Source of the DNA: an uncultured bacterium
GTDB taxonomy: Bacteria > Verrucomicrobiota > Verrucomicrobiia > Limisphaerales > UBA8199
Length of the DNA: 64,000 nt
NCBI GenBank assembly: GCA_963749495.1
Contig: CAVVMW010000021.1
Coordinates: forward strand, 32,001 to 96,000
Direction: 5' to 3'
Shown: positions 37,938-47,494 of the stretch, one piece after another
Layout: each line of letters starts with the position of its first letter
Numbering within the stretch: position 1 is the first letter of the stretch
The notes under the pieces: model-generated
Told to the model about the DNA's origin: nothing
The model's database searches: none
The model's input: only the letters and a program-made list of their open reading frames with translations
Made by a program: the position numbers and the translations under genes

Positions 37938-38258
37938 ATGAGCACCAAGTTATTCGTCGGCAACCTCGACTTCAAAGTCACTGAAAACGACCTGCACGAC
38001 GCCTTTGCGGCGCACGGCACCGTCGTCGAGGCCAATCTGGTGACCGACCGGGCCACCGGCCGGCCGCGCGGGTTCGCCTTCGTCACAATGAGTTCGCCCG
38101 AGGAGGCGCAAAAGGCCATCGAGGCCTTGAATGGCAAGGAGTTGGGCGGGCGGGCGTTGAACGTCAATGTCGCCCGGCCTCGCGAAGAGCGTCCCGGCGG
38201 CGGTGGCGGCGGTGGCGGCCGGCGTGGATACGGTGGTGGCCATCGCGACCGTTACTGA
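37938..38258 (+). CDS. RRM RNA-binding protein with glycine-rich tail
   Basis: [38 protein letters not shown]. Confidence 0.95.
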   Translation: MSTKLFVGNLDFKVTENDLHDAFAAHGTVVEANLVTDRATGRPRGFAFVTMSSPEEAQKAIEALNGKELGGRALNVNVARPREERPGGGGGGGGRRGYGGGHRDRY

Positions 38259-38280
38259 TTTCAAGACTCATTTCCGGCCG

Positions 38281-38312
38281 GGGGTGCGGCCGCAGCGCGC
38301 CCCACTTTTTTT
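38281..38312 (+). terminator. Intrinsic terminator
   Basis: GGGGTGCG-loop-CGCGCCCC followed by ACTTTTTTT. Confidence 0.7.
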
Positions 38313-38383
38313 GACGCCTCCCTTTTCGGCTGGTTTGCGAGGTGTTGTTTGCGGTGGGAACCGGTCACAGTTGATCGCACCTT

Positions 38384-38599
38384 ATGAAAGAAGCACCTGT
38401 CGAAGTCGAAGGGATAGTCCATACCGTTTTGCCTGGAACGATGTTCCGGGTCGAACTGGACAATAAGCACCTCGTGCTGGCCACGATCTGCGGGAAAATG
38501 CGCAAACGCTGGGTCCGTCTGACCGTTGGAGACCGCGTCAAAATGGAGATGTCCCCCTACGATTTGGACAAAGCCCGCATCGTTTGGCGGCTGAGGTGA
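38384..38599 (+). CDS. infA: Translation initiation factor IF-1
   Basis: EVEG.V...[21 protein letters not shown]...R...GDRV..E.SPYDL.K.RI..R. Confidence 0.95.
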   Translation: MKEAPVEVEGIVHTVLPGTMFRVELDNKHLVLATICGKMRKRWVRLTVGDRVKMEMSPYDLDKARIVWRLR

Positions 38600-38647
38600 C
38601 TCCAGGTTGATGTGCCCGTCTGTGTGAAACAGATTATATTGCCGACG

Positions 38648-39043
38648 ATGTACATGCCCAAGCGCAATCTACGGCAGGAGTACCGCCTGAAGCAACGAGA
38701 CCAGATCGAGGCGTCTCCGTTGATGGCGGCGAGATTCCCGCGGCTGAAGGCCTTGAAGGTGACCCTGGAGTATTTCGACGCCACGGGAACCATCAAGAAC
38801 GGGCAGATGAAGTGCAAGCTGAATGTGGAGCACGCAAAATCGGCGGTGTGGTTCGCTTGCCCGGGAGTGGAATGCACGGGGGGTGATTTTGACTTGACCG
38901 GGGCGCTGGCCAAAGCTGTCGCCGGGCGGCTCAAGGTGGCGAGCGGCGAACTGCGGTGCCAGGGGACGCGAAAGCGGGGCGACCACGAGCGTGTGCCCTG
39001 CCAGACGCTGCTGCGCTACAAGCTGAGTTTGAATTATGACTGA
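38648..39043 (+). CDS. Basic hypothetical protein with four spaced cysteines (possible Zn site)
   Basis: CPGVECTGGDFDL ... RCQG ... PCQT; overlaps the rpsU start by 8 nt. Confidence 0.75.
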   Translation: MYMPKRNLRQEYRLKQRDQIEASPLMAARFPRLKALKVTLEYFDATGTIKNGQMKCKLNVEHAKSAVWFACPGVECTGGDFDLTGALAKAVAGRLKVASGELRCQGTRKRGDHERVPCQTLLRYKLSLNYD

Positions 39044-39233
39044 AGTGAAACTGAAGAAGGGTGAACCGGTGGAGAGGGCCATCCGCCGGCTCAAAAAGAA
39101 GCTGGATCGCGAGCAGACGTTGCAGAAGTTCCGCCAACGCCGGCGGTTCGAAAAGCCCAGCGCCAAAAAGCGGCGCAAGGAAAAGGCGGCGCGTTTCGCC
39201 GCGATGCTCAAGGCCCGTTACGCGGATTACTGA
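39036..39233 (+). CDS. rpsU: 30S ribosomal protein S21
   Basis: V..KKGE.VERA.RRLKKK..RE..L......RRFEKPS.K.RRK. Confidence 0.9.
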   Translation: MTEVKLKKGEPVERAIRRLKKKLDREQTLQKFRQRRRFEKPSAKKRRKEKAARFAAMLKARYADY

Positions 39234-39409
39234 ACGCCGGAGGGCGAATAGACCGGAGAAAACGGAGATGAGGGAGGTGCTTTCTCTGTTCTCTCGGTTT
39301 TCTCCAACGTGGCGGTTTGTCTTCCACATGGAGGAGCGCCTTGCGCGTCAAAGGGCGGGGAGGCGCAAGGGATGTCTAACGGCTTTGGAGGGATTTCAGG
39401 CGCGGCGGG

Positions 39410-39507
39410 CAGGGCCCTTGACAAAGTCGCTCGGCGCGCCTGTGAACCAGGGGCGCCAGCGTAGCGCAGGTTTGGAAACCTGCGCTACGACTTTCTCAAC
39501 AGCCCTG
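39410..39507. mobile_element. Short MITE-like element with IS-like TIRs carrying a GTAG-type REP hairpin
   Basis: CAGGGCCCTTGACAAAGTCG ... CGACTTTCTCAACAGCCCTG; inner GTAGCGCAGGTTTGGAAACCTGCGCTAC. Confidence 0.65.
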
Positions 39508-39592
39508 GACGCGGCGGCAGATTTTGCGAAATACTTGTTGCTATTTGGCGGCAAGGGTTTATTTTTACGGGCGTCTAAGAGATAGCTTGTCG

Positions 39593-39667
39593 CTTCCAGC
39601 ACATGGTAAATCTTCAGGTGAACCTTGTTCAGTGATGATTTGAAACCCGAAGTTCGGGAACAGTTTG
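39593..39667 (+). ncRNA. Candidate structured cis-regulatory leader upstream of an RRM gene (copy 2)
   Basis: Same motif as 37827-37901, at a similar distance from the start codon. Confidence 0.6.
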
Positions 39668-39705
39668 GACAGAACAGGTGAACACCAAGGACATTGAAAC
39701 ATCAC

Positions 39706-40014
39706 ATGAACACAAAGTTATTCGTAGGGAACCTTTCGTTTGACACGACCGAAAACGATTTGCAGGACGCCTTCGCAGCCCATGGGACAGTGACGGAGGC
39801 CAACCTGATGATGGACCGCTCCACCGGCCGGCCGCGCGGGTTTGCTTTCATCACTATGGGAACCCCGGAAGAGGCGCAGAAGGCGGTTGACGCGCTGAAC
39901 GGGACGATGCTGGGCGGCCGCAACCTGACCGTGAACGAAGCGCGGCCGCGGGAAGAAGGCGGCGCCCGTGGAAACCGTTCCGGCGAGCGGCGTGAGTTCA
40001 GCCGGCGCTATTAA
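39706..40014 (+). CDS. RRM RNA-binding protein
   Basis: [36 protein letters not shown]. Confidence 0.95.
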   Translation: MNTKLFVGNLSFDTTENDLQDAFAAHGTVTEANLMMDRSTGRPRGFAFITMGTPEEAQKAVDALNGTMLGGRNLTVNEARPREEGGARGNRSGERREFSRRY

Positions 40015-40026
40015 GCCAACGATCAC

Positions 40027-40512
40027 TCAAACCAGGCGTGGGACCGATGTCCCGCGCCTTTTTAATCGTGGGGGTGCCTCGCGGCGGCTCATTCGGCTGC
40101 GCATCGAGACAATGGCGTTGAGCGCGCGCGAGACGGGGCAATTTGCCTTGGCCTGCAGCACCGCGTCCACAAAGTCGCACTCCGCCGCCCGGGGCACTGC
40201 GGCGACCACATCCAGATCAATCCGCGTGATCGCCCATCCGGCGGCGGTGTTTTCCGTCGTGACCGTCGCGGTCGTGTCAATCTGGCGCGGGCTGTAGCCA
40301 GCCTCCGCGAGTTCATGGGCCAGGGTCAACGAGAAGCTGCCGGCGTGTGCAGCCGCAATCAGCTCTGAGGGATTGGTGCCGCGTCCCCTGCGGTCGCCGC
40401 CCGTCGCGTGGAGGGCTATATTCAGGGCGGCACTCGGTGTGCTGACGGTGCCCTTGCCACGCTGCCCCGTCCCGCACCAACGGACGGAGGCCTGCCGGGC
40501 ATATGTTTTCAT
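40027..40512 (-). CDS. OsmC family peroxiredoxin-like protein
   Basis: W.G....GKG.VST.S, GTNP.ELIAAAHA, AKANCPVSRAL; the first Cys appears as Ser (HAGSF). Confidence 0.85.
   Translation of the reverse strand: MKTYARQASVRWCGTGQRGKGTVSTPSAALNIALHATGGDRRGRGTNPSELIAAAHAGSFSLTLAHELAEAGYSPRQIDTTATVTTENTAAGWAITRIDLDVVAAVPRAAECDFVDAVLQAKANCPVSRALNAIVSMRSRMSRREAPPRLKRRGTSVPRLV
40034..40063 (+). terminator. Intrinsic terminator overlapping the end of the convergent OsmC gene
   Basis: AGGCGTGGGAC-CGAT-GTCCCGCGCCT followed by TTTT. Confidence 0.7.
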
Positions 40513-40647
40513 CACAGCCTTATTGTGGACTGGCGCGCAGGTTCACGCCAATACTTAGAAACTGCAAGGGCGATAGCTTTAGGCTATGACCGGAATGCCA
40601 ACAAAGTATTGGCCGGCATCGAACCGGACGGGCATAATGCAAGGATA

Positions 40648-42609
40648 GTGAAAGCTCGACTCAAAACGGTCCTGTTAACCAGCGTCTGCCGCCCTCTGGG
40701 GCCGGCCTATGGCGACGCCCCTTCGGTCGGCTATGAACTCCTTTACGGGCAAGTGAGCTCGAGCCAAGGGCTCTTCAGCCCGCGCACGTTCAACATCCAC
40801 TTTTCCCTCGAGTACATCGCCGAGAACCTCGATGCGCCCACGGTGGTCTTGCAGTATCCATCCAGGAGCGAGCTCATCCGCGAGCTCAAGAAGGGATACG
40901 ATTACGTCGGCGTCTCCTTCCTGCTGGCGGTCATGCACCGGATGAAGGAGACCGTCGCGTTGATCCGCCAATACGCGCCCAACAGCAAGGTCGTCCTGGG
41001 CGGCTACGGCACGGCGCTCAAAGATGACGCGCTCAAACCGTACGCGGACTACATCTGCCGCGAGGAAGGCGTGGGCTTCTTCCGCCGGCTGTTGGGGGAA
41101 CCCGAGATCTCCATGCCCTACAAGCACCCGCTGCTGGTGAGCTGGCTCAAGGTGTTTGGGTGGCAGGTCTCGGGCACCGGCAAAATCCTCGCCGGGCTGG
41201 GATGCCCCAATGGCTGTGATTTTTGCTGCACTTCCCACTTTTTCTCGCGCAAACACATCCGCCTGTTGCCGGAGGGCAAGGACATCTACGCCGTCGCGGA
41301 ACGCTACCTGGACCTCGACCCGGAGCTGGTCCTGCTCATCATCGACAAGGATTTCCTGCTCAACAAGAAGCGGGCGATGGAGTTCCGTGACTGTGTGATG
41401 AAAGGCGGCAGAACACTCTCCATTTTCGCCTTCTCCAGTGTCAAGGCCATCAGCCAATACACGGTCGAGGAGATCCTCGAGATGGGCATTGACGGCTTCT
41501 GGATTGGATACGAGGGAACACGCTCCGGTTACGCCAAGCAGCAGGGCCGGCCCATTGCGGACATCATCACGGAGTTCCGCCAGCACGGCATCTCGGTTCT
41601 GACCTCGATGATCCTCGGGTTCGATTACCAGACCCCGGAAGTGGTGGCCCAGGAGTTTGACCAGTTGATGGAGCTCAAACCCGACCTGGCGCAGTTCCTC
41701 ATCTATGGGCCGGTTCCCGGCACGCCTTTTCACGAACGGGCGATCAAAGAGAACCTGCTCCAGGACGTGTACGTCAAAGACCCGGAGCTCATGTACCGGC
41801 GCGGGGACGGATTCGCCACGATGTGCAAACACCCAACATTGTCGGCCGAGGAAATCGAGCGACTGCAGCGCTGGTGTTTTGATGAGGATTTCCAGCGGCT
41901 CGGCCCGAGCATTTTCCGCACGATGGAAACGCGGCTGCTCGGCTACCGGAAGCTCAAGGACTCACCGAATCCCCTGTTGCGCCAGAAGGCGCAGTTTTAC
42001 GCCGAGGAGTTGAGGGGGGCGTACCCGGCGTTTCTCGCCTGCCTGCTGCTGGGCCCGAACGCGGCGGTGCGGCGCCGGATCGGCGATTTGGAGCGGGGCA
42101 TCCACGCAGAGCTGGGCGCTCCAATGCTCCGCGAGCGGGTCATGTCCGCGCTGGGGGTGGCGGCGGCCATGTGGACCGGTGTGACGCTGAAGCTGGACCT
42201 GTTTCAGCACCCAAAGCTGATGCGAACCACCTACCGGCTGCCGAGCCGGCGCTGGGCCGGGTTCGAACGTTGGGAGGAACTCCGCCGCAAGGCCCCGAGT
42301 CCCGGGCTTTCCGTCCAGGTCAATTTGCAGCACGCCAAGGCACAGGTGTGGTTGCGGGTGGAGGGCGCCCCTTCCGGCGCTGAAGCGGCGACGCTGGGCC
42401 AGCGCATCCGTGATTCCTTGACGCGCAGCAAGAGCCGCCTGGTCCTGGACCTGAAGAAACTCCAGTGGGACAAAGTGGAGGACCTGCGCCCGCTGCGTGA
42501 GAAGCTCTCGGACTATCGCTCGCGCATCCGGCTCATCCTGCCGAAAGTGGCGGCCGCTCATCCCGAGGTCATCCTGTTGGCCAGCATGTTCGAGCACTAC
42601 AAAGGTTAG
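40648..42609 (+). CDS. B12-binding radical SAM protein with C-terminal extension
   Basis: VGVSF..VVLGGYG (cobalamin-binding domain), GCPNGCDFC (CxxxCxxC), IG.E, S.ILGFD, P.PGTP. Confidence 0.9.
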   Translation: MKARLKTVLLTSVCRPLGPAYGDAPSVGYELLYGQVSSSQGLFSPRTFNIHFSLEYIAENLDAPTVVLQYPSRSELIRELKKGYDYVGVSFLLAVMHRMKETVALIRQYAPNSKVVLGGYGTALKDDALKPYADYICREEGVGFFRRLLGEPEISMPYKHPLLVSWLKVFGWQVSGTGKILAGLGCPNGCDFCCTSHFFSRKHIRLLPEGKDIYAVAERYLDLDPELVLLIIDKDFLLNKKRAMEFRDCVMKGGRTLSIFAFSSVKAISQYTVEEILEMGIDGFWIGYEGTRSGYAKQQGRPIADIITEFRQHGISVLTSMILGFDYQTPEVVAQEFDQLMELKPDLAQFLIYGPVPGTPFHERAIKENLLQDVYVKDPELMYRRGDGFATMCKHPTLSAEEIERLQRWCFDEDFQRLGPSIFRTMETRLLGYRKLKDSPNPLLRQKAQFYAEELRGAYPAFLACLLLGPNAAVRRRIGDLERGIHAELGAPMLRERVMSALGVAAAMWTGVTLKLDLFQHPKLMRTTYRLPSRRWAGFERWEELRRKAPSPGLSVQVNLQHAKAQVWLRVEGAPSGAEAATLGQRIRDSLTRSKSRLVLDLKKLQWDKVEDLRPLREKLSDYRSRIRLILPKVAAAHPEVILLASMFEHYKG

Positions 42610-42649
42610 TCCCGGCAAACAAATCCCGCGGGTTTTCCAGCGGTCATTC

Positions 42650-42810
42650 GGTGTATCCCGACACTGCCCCCGGAGTGCGCCCGTCCCCGGGCGCAGCAGC
42701 GACGGAACGGGCAGGCGCGCCGGAGTACCTGACCGCTGCCCTGGCTGCGGAGGTCGCTGCGCCCGAGGATGGGCGCACTCCGCTCTCGCCGCAGCCGGTG
42801 GGGATACGCC
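42650..42810. repeat. Family C palindrome with degenerate TIRs
   Basis: GGTGTATCCCGACACTGCCCCCGGAGTGCGCCCG ... GGGCGCACTCCG..GGGGATACGCC. Confidence 0.75.
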
Positions 42811-42868
42811 AAAGGGGTCATTGCGTGGTTGCCAAGGCCAGGGAAGCTGTTACACTGCCGCCCACGTT

Positions 42869-43762
42869 ATGGAACTGCGTCACCTGCGGTATTTCGTGGC
42901 GGTGGCGGAAGACCTGAATTTCACCAAAGCCGCCGCAAGACTGCATTTAGCCCAACCCTCGCTCACGCGCCAGGTCCATAATCTGGAAGAGGAGATTGGG
43001 GTGCGGTTGCTGACCCGCGCCAAAGGCCGGGTGGCCTTGACCCAGGAAGGCCTCTCGTTCCTGGTTGATGCCCGGCACATCCTGGCCCTGGCTCAGGAAA
43101 GCGTGGCGGCGGTGCAGCGTCTGAGCCGGGGGGAAACCGGCCAGTTGAACATCGCGTATTTGTCCAATTTTGATTTCCAGTCGCTGCCCGAGACGCTGGG
43201 GACTTTCCGGCAGGCCTTCCCGCACGTTGCGCTGAACCTGTTCGACATGACTCCGGCGGAACAGTTTCGCGCCCTCGAAGCGCGGAAGATCGATGTCGGC
43301 TTCGTCGGGCTGCGGCCCCCGGCAACCGCCGGCGGCCTGCAGTGGGAAAGTATCGCCCGGCACAGAACCGTCGTTGTCCTGCCGGCAAGACATCCGCTGG
43401 CCGGCAAGCGCCGGGTGAAGCTTGCCGAACTGGAAACGATGTTCTTTGTGGGCATGTCCGAGAAGACGCACCCGGGGTTTCGCGACTGGCTCAACGGAAC
43501 CTGCCAGCAGGCAGGCTTTACGCCGCGGGTCCTCCAGGACGCCGAGTTGGAGTCGGCCTTGATGACCTTCGTGGCCGAAGGCCTGGGTGTCACGCTGGCC
43601 CGCGAGCACATCAGAAAACTGCCCCACCCCGGAGTGGCCTTCCGTCCGTTGGTCCCTCCGGTCGAGAGTGATTATTGTATTGCCTGGAACCGCAATAACG
43701 ATTTGCGGGCCTTGCAGCAGTTCATCGAGATCATCAAGGGCCTCGCCGCACACGGCTGCTGA
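42869..43762 (+). CDS. LysR family transcriptional regulator
   Basis: MELRHLRYFVAVAE.LNFT.AA.RLH.AQP.L.RQ...LE.E.G..L. Confidence 0.95.
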   Translation: MELRHLRYFVAVAEDLNFTKAAARLHLAQPSLTRQVHNLEEEIGVRLLTRAKGRVALTQEGLSFLVDARHILALAQESVAAVQRLSRGETGQLNIAYLSNFDFQSLPETLGTFRQAFPHVALNLFDMTPAEQFRALEARKIDVGFVGLRPPATAGGLQWESIARHRTVVVLPARHPLAGKRRVKLAELETMFFVGMSEKTHPGFRDWLNGTCQQAGFTPRVLQDAELESALMTFVAEGLGVTLAREHIRKLPHPGVAFRPLVPPVESDYCIAWNRNNDLRALQQFIEIIKGLAAHGC

Positions 43763-43789
43763 GCCTATAGGCCGCTCGCATCAAAAACG

Positions 43790-43885
43790 CCGCGAGTGGG
43801 GGGACCTTCGTCGCAGCCTCTGTCGGCGCCTTTGTCGGATTGGCCATTTCTCGACAAAGGTACCGACAAAGGCTGCGACAAAGGC
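43790..43885. repeat. Family B 12-mer palindromic core
   Basis: CCGCGAGTGGGGGGACC.TCGTCGCAGCC...CGACAAAGG x3; the same leader as the 24445 copy. Confidence 0.8.
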
Positions 43886-43936
43886 CCGGATTCGGGCTTG
43901 CAAGCGGAGGTCCCGGTTCGGTTATACTGGGGACAG

Positions 43937-45814
43937 ATGCGGCAGCACCCAGTCAACCGGAAATTCGGGGCGGGGACATTCTTCCGGCCCTGGCCTGCTT
44001 TCCCGGTCGGGGCCCTCGTTCTCCTGGTTGGTTCGTTTCTTTATGTTTGGCTGCGGGTAGAGCCGCTCCTGGAGTATCACAGTTGCGGGCCGTACTTCTA
44101 CCGGCAACGGGTTTTCATGGAGACGTTCCTCGGTCGTCCAGGAGGCCTGGCCAGTTATGCCGGGGTGTTTTTGGCGCAGTTGAACTGCCTGAACTGCCTG
44201 GGCGCGCTGGTTTTCGTCCTGTCCGGGTGCGTGGTCTTGCTGGCAGCCCTCTTTTGTCTGGCTCGCATCAGCGGCAGGGCGCCGGGCTTTGCCGCCCTGG
44301 TTCCCCTGTTTGTGCTGCTGCTGCTGCGCAACCGCTATGGTTGCCCGGTGCCTGCCCTGAGCGTCGGCCTTGTCCTGGCGCTGGCCGCCTCCGCCGCACA
44401 CGTCTCGTTGCCCTGGCGGCGCCCTTGGTTGTCGACGGCAGTCAGCGGATTGGTTTCCGGTCTCCTTTTCTTTTTGGCCGGGCTTTGGTCCGCCCTGCTC
44501 TTTGCGGTCTTGTGTTGCTTGTTTGTGTTCTTCCAAATGCGGAACTGGCCTGCGGGGTTGGGATGCCTGGTTCTGGCGTTGGCGGCGCCCCTGGTGGCTG
44601 TCGGAACGGGAAACCTCGAAATTGCAGGACTGGTCAATCCCTGGCCGGAAGGAGTCGATTGGGTCCTTGCAGCCGCTCTCTACGCCTCGGTGCCCGTTGC
44701 GGGAGCAGTTCTGGCTTTGCTCCCGGGGCCTGCCACAACCCCAACTGCCAACCCGCAGCCGGTTTCGCCAGAGACGACCACGCCCGGCCCCAGCCTCGGC
44801 CGCTGGGTCCAGACCGTGCAACCCGGCCCGGCCGTGGTTGTCCTGGCGTTTCTGCTCGGGTGGGCCGCCGTATGGCTGACGTTCGATAGCCGCCAGAAGC
44901 TCCTGGCCGAAATCGACTACGACGCCAGTTGCGGGCAATACGAAGCGGTCCTTGCGGCGGCCAGGCAGGTCAAGGCGATGAATCATCCCGCCAAGATCCG
45001 CCTGCACCTGGCCCTCTATCACACCGGGCGGCTGGCAGAGGAGCTGTTTTCGTTTCACAACATGATTGACGACGCGCCGATGGAAGGAACCGGCGAGGAC
45101 TGGCGCGCGCAAAGCCAGGTCCTCTTCGAACTCGGTTTGGTCAACGATGCCGAGCACATGGCGTACCAGGCCCTTGAGATGGAGGGCGAGCGTCCGGATC
45201 TATTGCGTTTGTTGGCCCGCATCAACCTGCTGAAAAACCAACCCCAGGCGGCGCAGGTCTTCCTGAACGTGCTGAGCCTGATACCGTTCCAGGGTGAACG
45301 CGCCAACGAGGCCTGGCCCACGATGGACCCGCACCTGGCCGCGGCCGAGGTCGCCTTCCTGGCCCGGATGCGGGCGCAAATGTTGACCAACGAGGTGCCG
45401 CACGAGGGTCTGCCTGTGGGACCCCTGCTCGATGTCCTGCTCGCATCGAATCCCACAAACCGACTGGCCTTCGAGTACCTCATGGCCTACTACCTGATGG
45501 ACCTGGATTTGAAGAAAGTGGTCCAGCGCCTCCGGTTGCTCGACAACTTCAGTTACGCCCGAATCCCCCGGCCATACGAGGAGGCCCTGCTCCTCTATCA
45601 GCAAGTCGCGGGAGTTCGGGCCGAATTGAAAGGCCGCACGATCCGCCCCGAAACCGCCGAGCGATTCCGCCAGTTCAAAGAGGCAGTCAGGCAGTTGAAG
45701 GGAGGAGCCGAAGGCCAGGCGGCCATGGCCGCCAACTTCGGTGACACCTATTGGTATTATTATGCCGCCAGGAGCGTCGAACGAGCGGCCGAAGGTCAAG
45801 CCTCAGCACCATGA
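43937..45814 (+). CDS. DUF6057-like polytopic membrane protein with helical C-terminal domain
   Basis: PGGLA.Y...FL.Q, about 9 TM segments, G.L.E.LF, A.HMA, N..AFEYLMA..L...DL, IP..YEEA.L, TYWYY. Confidence 0.75.
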   Translation: MRQHPVNRKFGAGTFFRPWPAFPVGALVLLVGSFLYVWLRVEPLLEYHSCGPYFYRQRVFMETFLGRPGGLASYAGVFLAQLNCLNCLGALVFVLSGCVVLLAALFCLARISGRAPGFAALVPLFVLLLLRNRYGCPVPALSVGLVLALAASAAHVSLPWRRPWLSTAVSGLVSGLLFFLAGLWSALLFAVLCCLFVFFQMRNWPAGLGCLVLALAAPLVAVGTGNLEIAGLVNPWPEGVDWVLAAALYASVPVAGAVLALLPGPATTPTANPQPVSPETTTPGPSLGRWVQTVQPGPAVVVLAFLLGWAAVWLTFDSRQKLLAEIDYDASCGQYEAVLAAARQVKAMNHPAKIRLHLALYHTGRLAEELFSFHNMIDDAPMEGTGEDWRAQSQVLFELGLVNDAEHMAYQALEMEGERPDLLRLLARINLLKNQPQAAQVFLNVLSLIPFQGERANEAWPTMDPHLAAAEVAFLARMRAQMLTNEVPHEGLPVGPLLDVLLASNPTNRLAFEYLMAYYLMDLDLKKVVQRLRLLDNFSYARIPRPYEEALLLYQQVAGVRAELKGRTIRPETAERFRQFKEAVRQLKGGAEGQAAMAANFGDTYWYYYAARSVERAAEGQASAP

Positions 45815-47346
45815 TGACCCGAGCCTGGATATTTATCGCCTCTCTTGCAACTTCGCCGCTCCGCGCCTGCTGGCTGCTGGCCGCCGCTTGTCTGGCTGGC
45901 AGCCCACTCGAACCGCGGGCAGCCGAACTGCCGCGGCTGTTCCCCGACTACATTGGCGTCACTCTCCCGCCCAACATTGCGCCTTTGAACTTCAGAATCC
46001 AGGAACCTGCCGCCTCCTACCGGGTTGAGTTGCGCTCCACCAAAGGACCTCCCGTTGCCGTCTCCAGCCCAAACCCCGCGATTCGGATTCCGCCCAGGGC
46101 CTGGGCGGGCCTCTTGCGCGCCAACCCCGGCCAGCCTCTCTACTGGGACATCTCCGCGCAAAGGGCCTCGTCCGGTTGGACCCGGTTCGCCACGGTGACC
46201 AACTATATTGCACGGGAGGAAATCGATGGCTGGCTGGCTTACCGTCTGCACAAGCCGATCTTCAATTTCTACGTGCATCTCGGCATCTATCAGCGAAACC
46301 TGGAGTCCTTCGACCAAAAACCCATCCTCGAAAAGGAAAAGCCTGATCAAGGCTGCCTCAACTGCCACACCCCGTTGAACCGAAGCCCGAATACCTTCGC
46401 CTTCAACATCCGCGCCTACGGTGGCAAGAACCCGATGATATTGGTCATCTCCAACCAGGCCACCCGCGTGGACAAGACAATGGGCTACCTGGCCTGGCAC
46501 CCGAGCGGCCGGCTGCTCGCCTTCTCGGTCAACAAGCTTTCCCAGTTCTTTCATACCCGCGGTGAAACCCGCGAAGTCTATGATGCCAACTCGGATCTGG
46601 GCATTTACCGCGTCGATTCCAATATCGTCGTCTTCCCGCCCGCCATCGCCGCGCCCGACAGGAACGAGACCTGGCCCGCCTGGTCGCCCGATGGACGCTA
46701 CCTCTATTTCAGCAGTGCTGCCCCCCAGCCACGCGAAAGACTCCGCCAAATTCGCTACGACCTGATGCGGGTCAGCTTCGACATCCAAAACGGCCAATGG
46801 GGCCAGCCCGAAGTGATGATTTCCGCCGCGGAAACCGGGCTCAGCGTCTGCCAGCCCAAGATCTCCCCGGATGGCCGTTTTCTGCTCGTTACCCTGTGCC
46901 AGTATGGCAATTTCCCCATCCACCAGTCCAACAGCGATCTCTATGTGATGGACCTATCCGCCCGCAAACTCCGCCGGCTCGAAATCAATAGCGACCAGGC
47001 CGACACTTGGCATTCCTGGTCCAGCAACAGCCGCTGGGTCGTTTTCAGCAGCAAACGCATCGATGGCCTCTTGGCCCGGCCCCATTTCAGTTACGTGGAC
47101 GAACAGGGCGAGTTTCACAAGCCCTTTGTGCTGCCACAGGAAGATCCCACTTTCTATGGCTTCTGCCTCAACACGTTCAATGTGCCTGAACTGATGCAGG
47201 GGCCCGTGACCATCAACGCGCGCAACCTCGCCAGGGCGATTGTCGCACCCCGCAAAGTCCTAACCCCACAGGGCCCTGCCGGGCCTTCCTCGCCCGGTTC
47301 GCAGCCTGGCCAGGACCAATCCGGCTACCGGCAGATCCGGGAATAG
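45811..47346 (+). CDS. Secreted TolB-like/PD40 repeat beta-propeller protein with a CxxCH motif
   Basis: FPDY..VT.PPNIAPLNF, CLNCH, WHPSG, ET.PAWSPDG, SPDGRF, WSSN.RW.VFSSKR.DG; ATGA overlap with the upstream gene. Confidence 0.85.
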   Translation: MMTRAWIFIASLATSPLRACWLLAAACLAGSPLEPRAAELPRLFPDYIGVTLPPNIAPLNFRIQEPAASYRVELRSTKGPPVAVSSPNPAIRIPPRAWAGLLRANPGQPLYWDISAQRASSGWTRFATVTNYIAREEIDGWLAYRLHKPIFNFYVHLGIYQRNLESFDQKPILEKEKPDQGCLNCHTPLNRSPNTFAFNIRAYGGKNPMILVISNQATRVDKTMGYLAWHPSGRLLAFSVNKLSQFFHTRGETREVYDANSDLGIYRVDSNIVVFPPAIAAPDRNETWPAWSPDGRYLYFSSAAPQPRERLRQIRYDLMRVSFDIQNGQWGQPEVMISAAETGLSVCQPKISPDGRFLLVTLCQYGNFPIHQSNSDLYVMDLSARKLRRLEINSDQADTWHSWSSNSRWVVFSSKRIDGLLARPHFSYVDEQGEFHKPFVLPQEDPTFYGFCLNTFNVPELMQGPVTINARNLARAIVAPRKVLTPQGPAGPSSPGSQPGQDQSGYRQIRE

Positions 47347-47494
47347 GCGCCAGAAGGAAAACGCACGGATATGCTCTTCCAGCGGCTCTCGCCAGAGAGC
47401 CCATGGGGTGCAAATTCATTCCGAGCCGCAACGCATGTGTGCTCCAACTTGTTTCCATGTTCAATGGACAGTGCGGACACCATTATCTCCTTGG

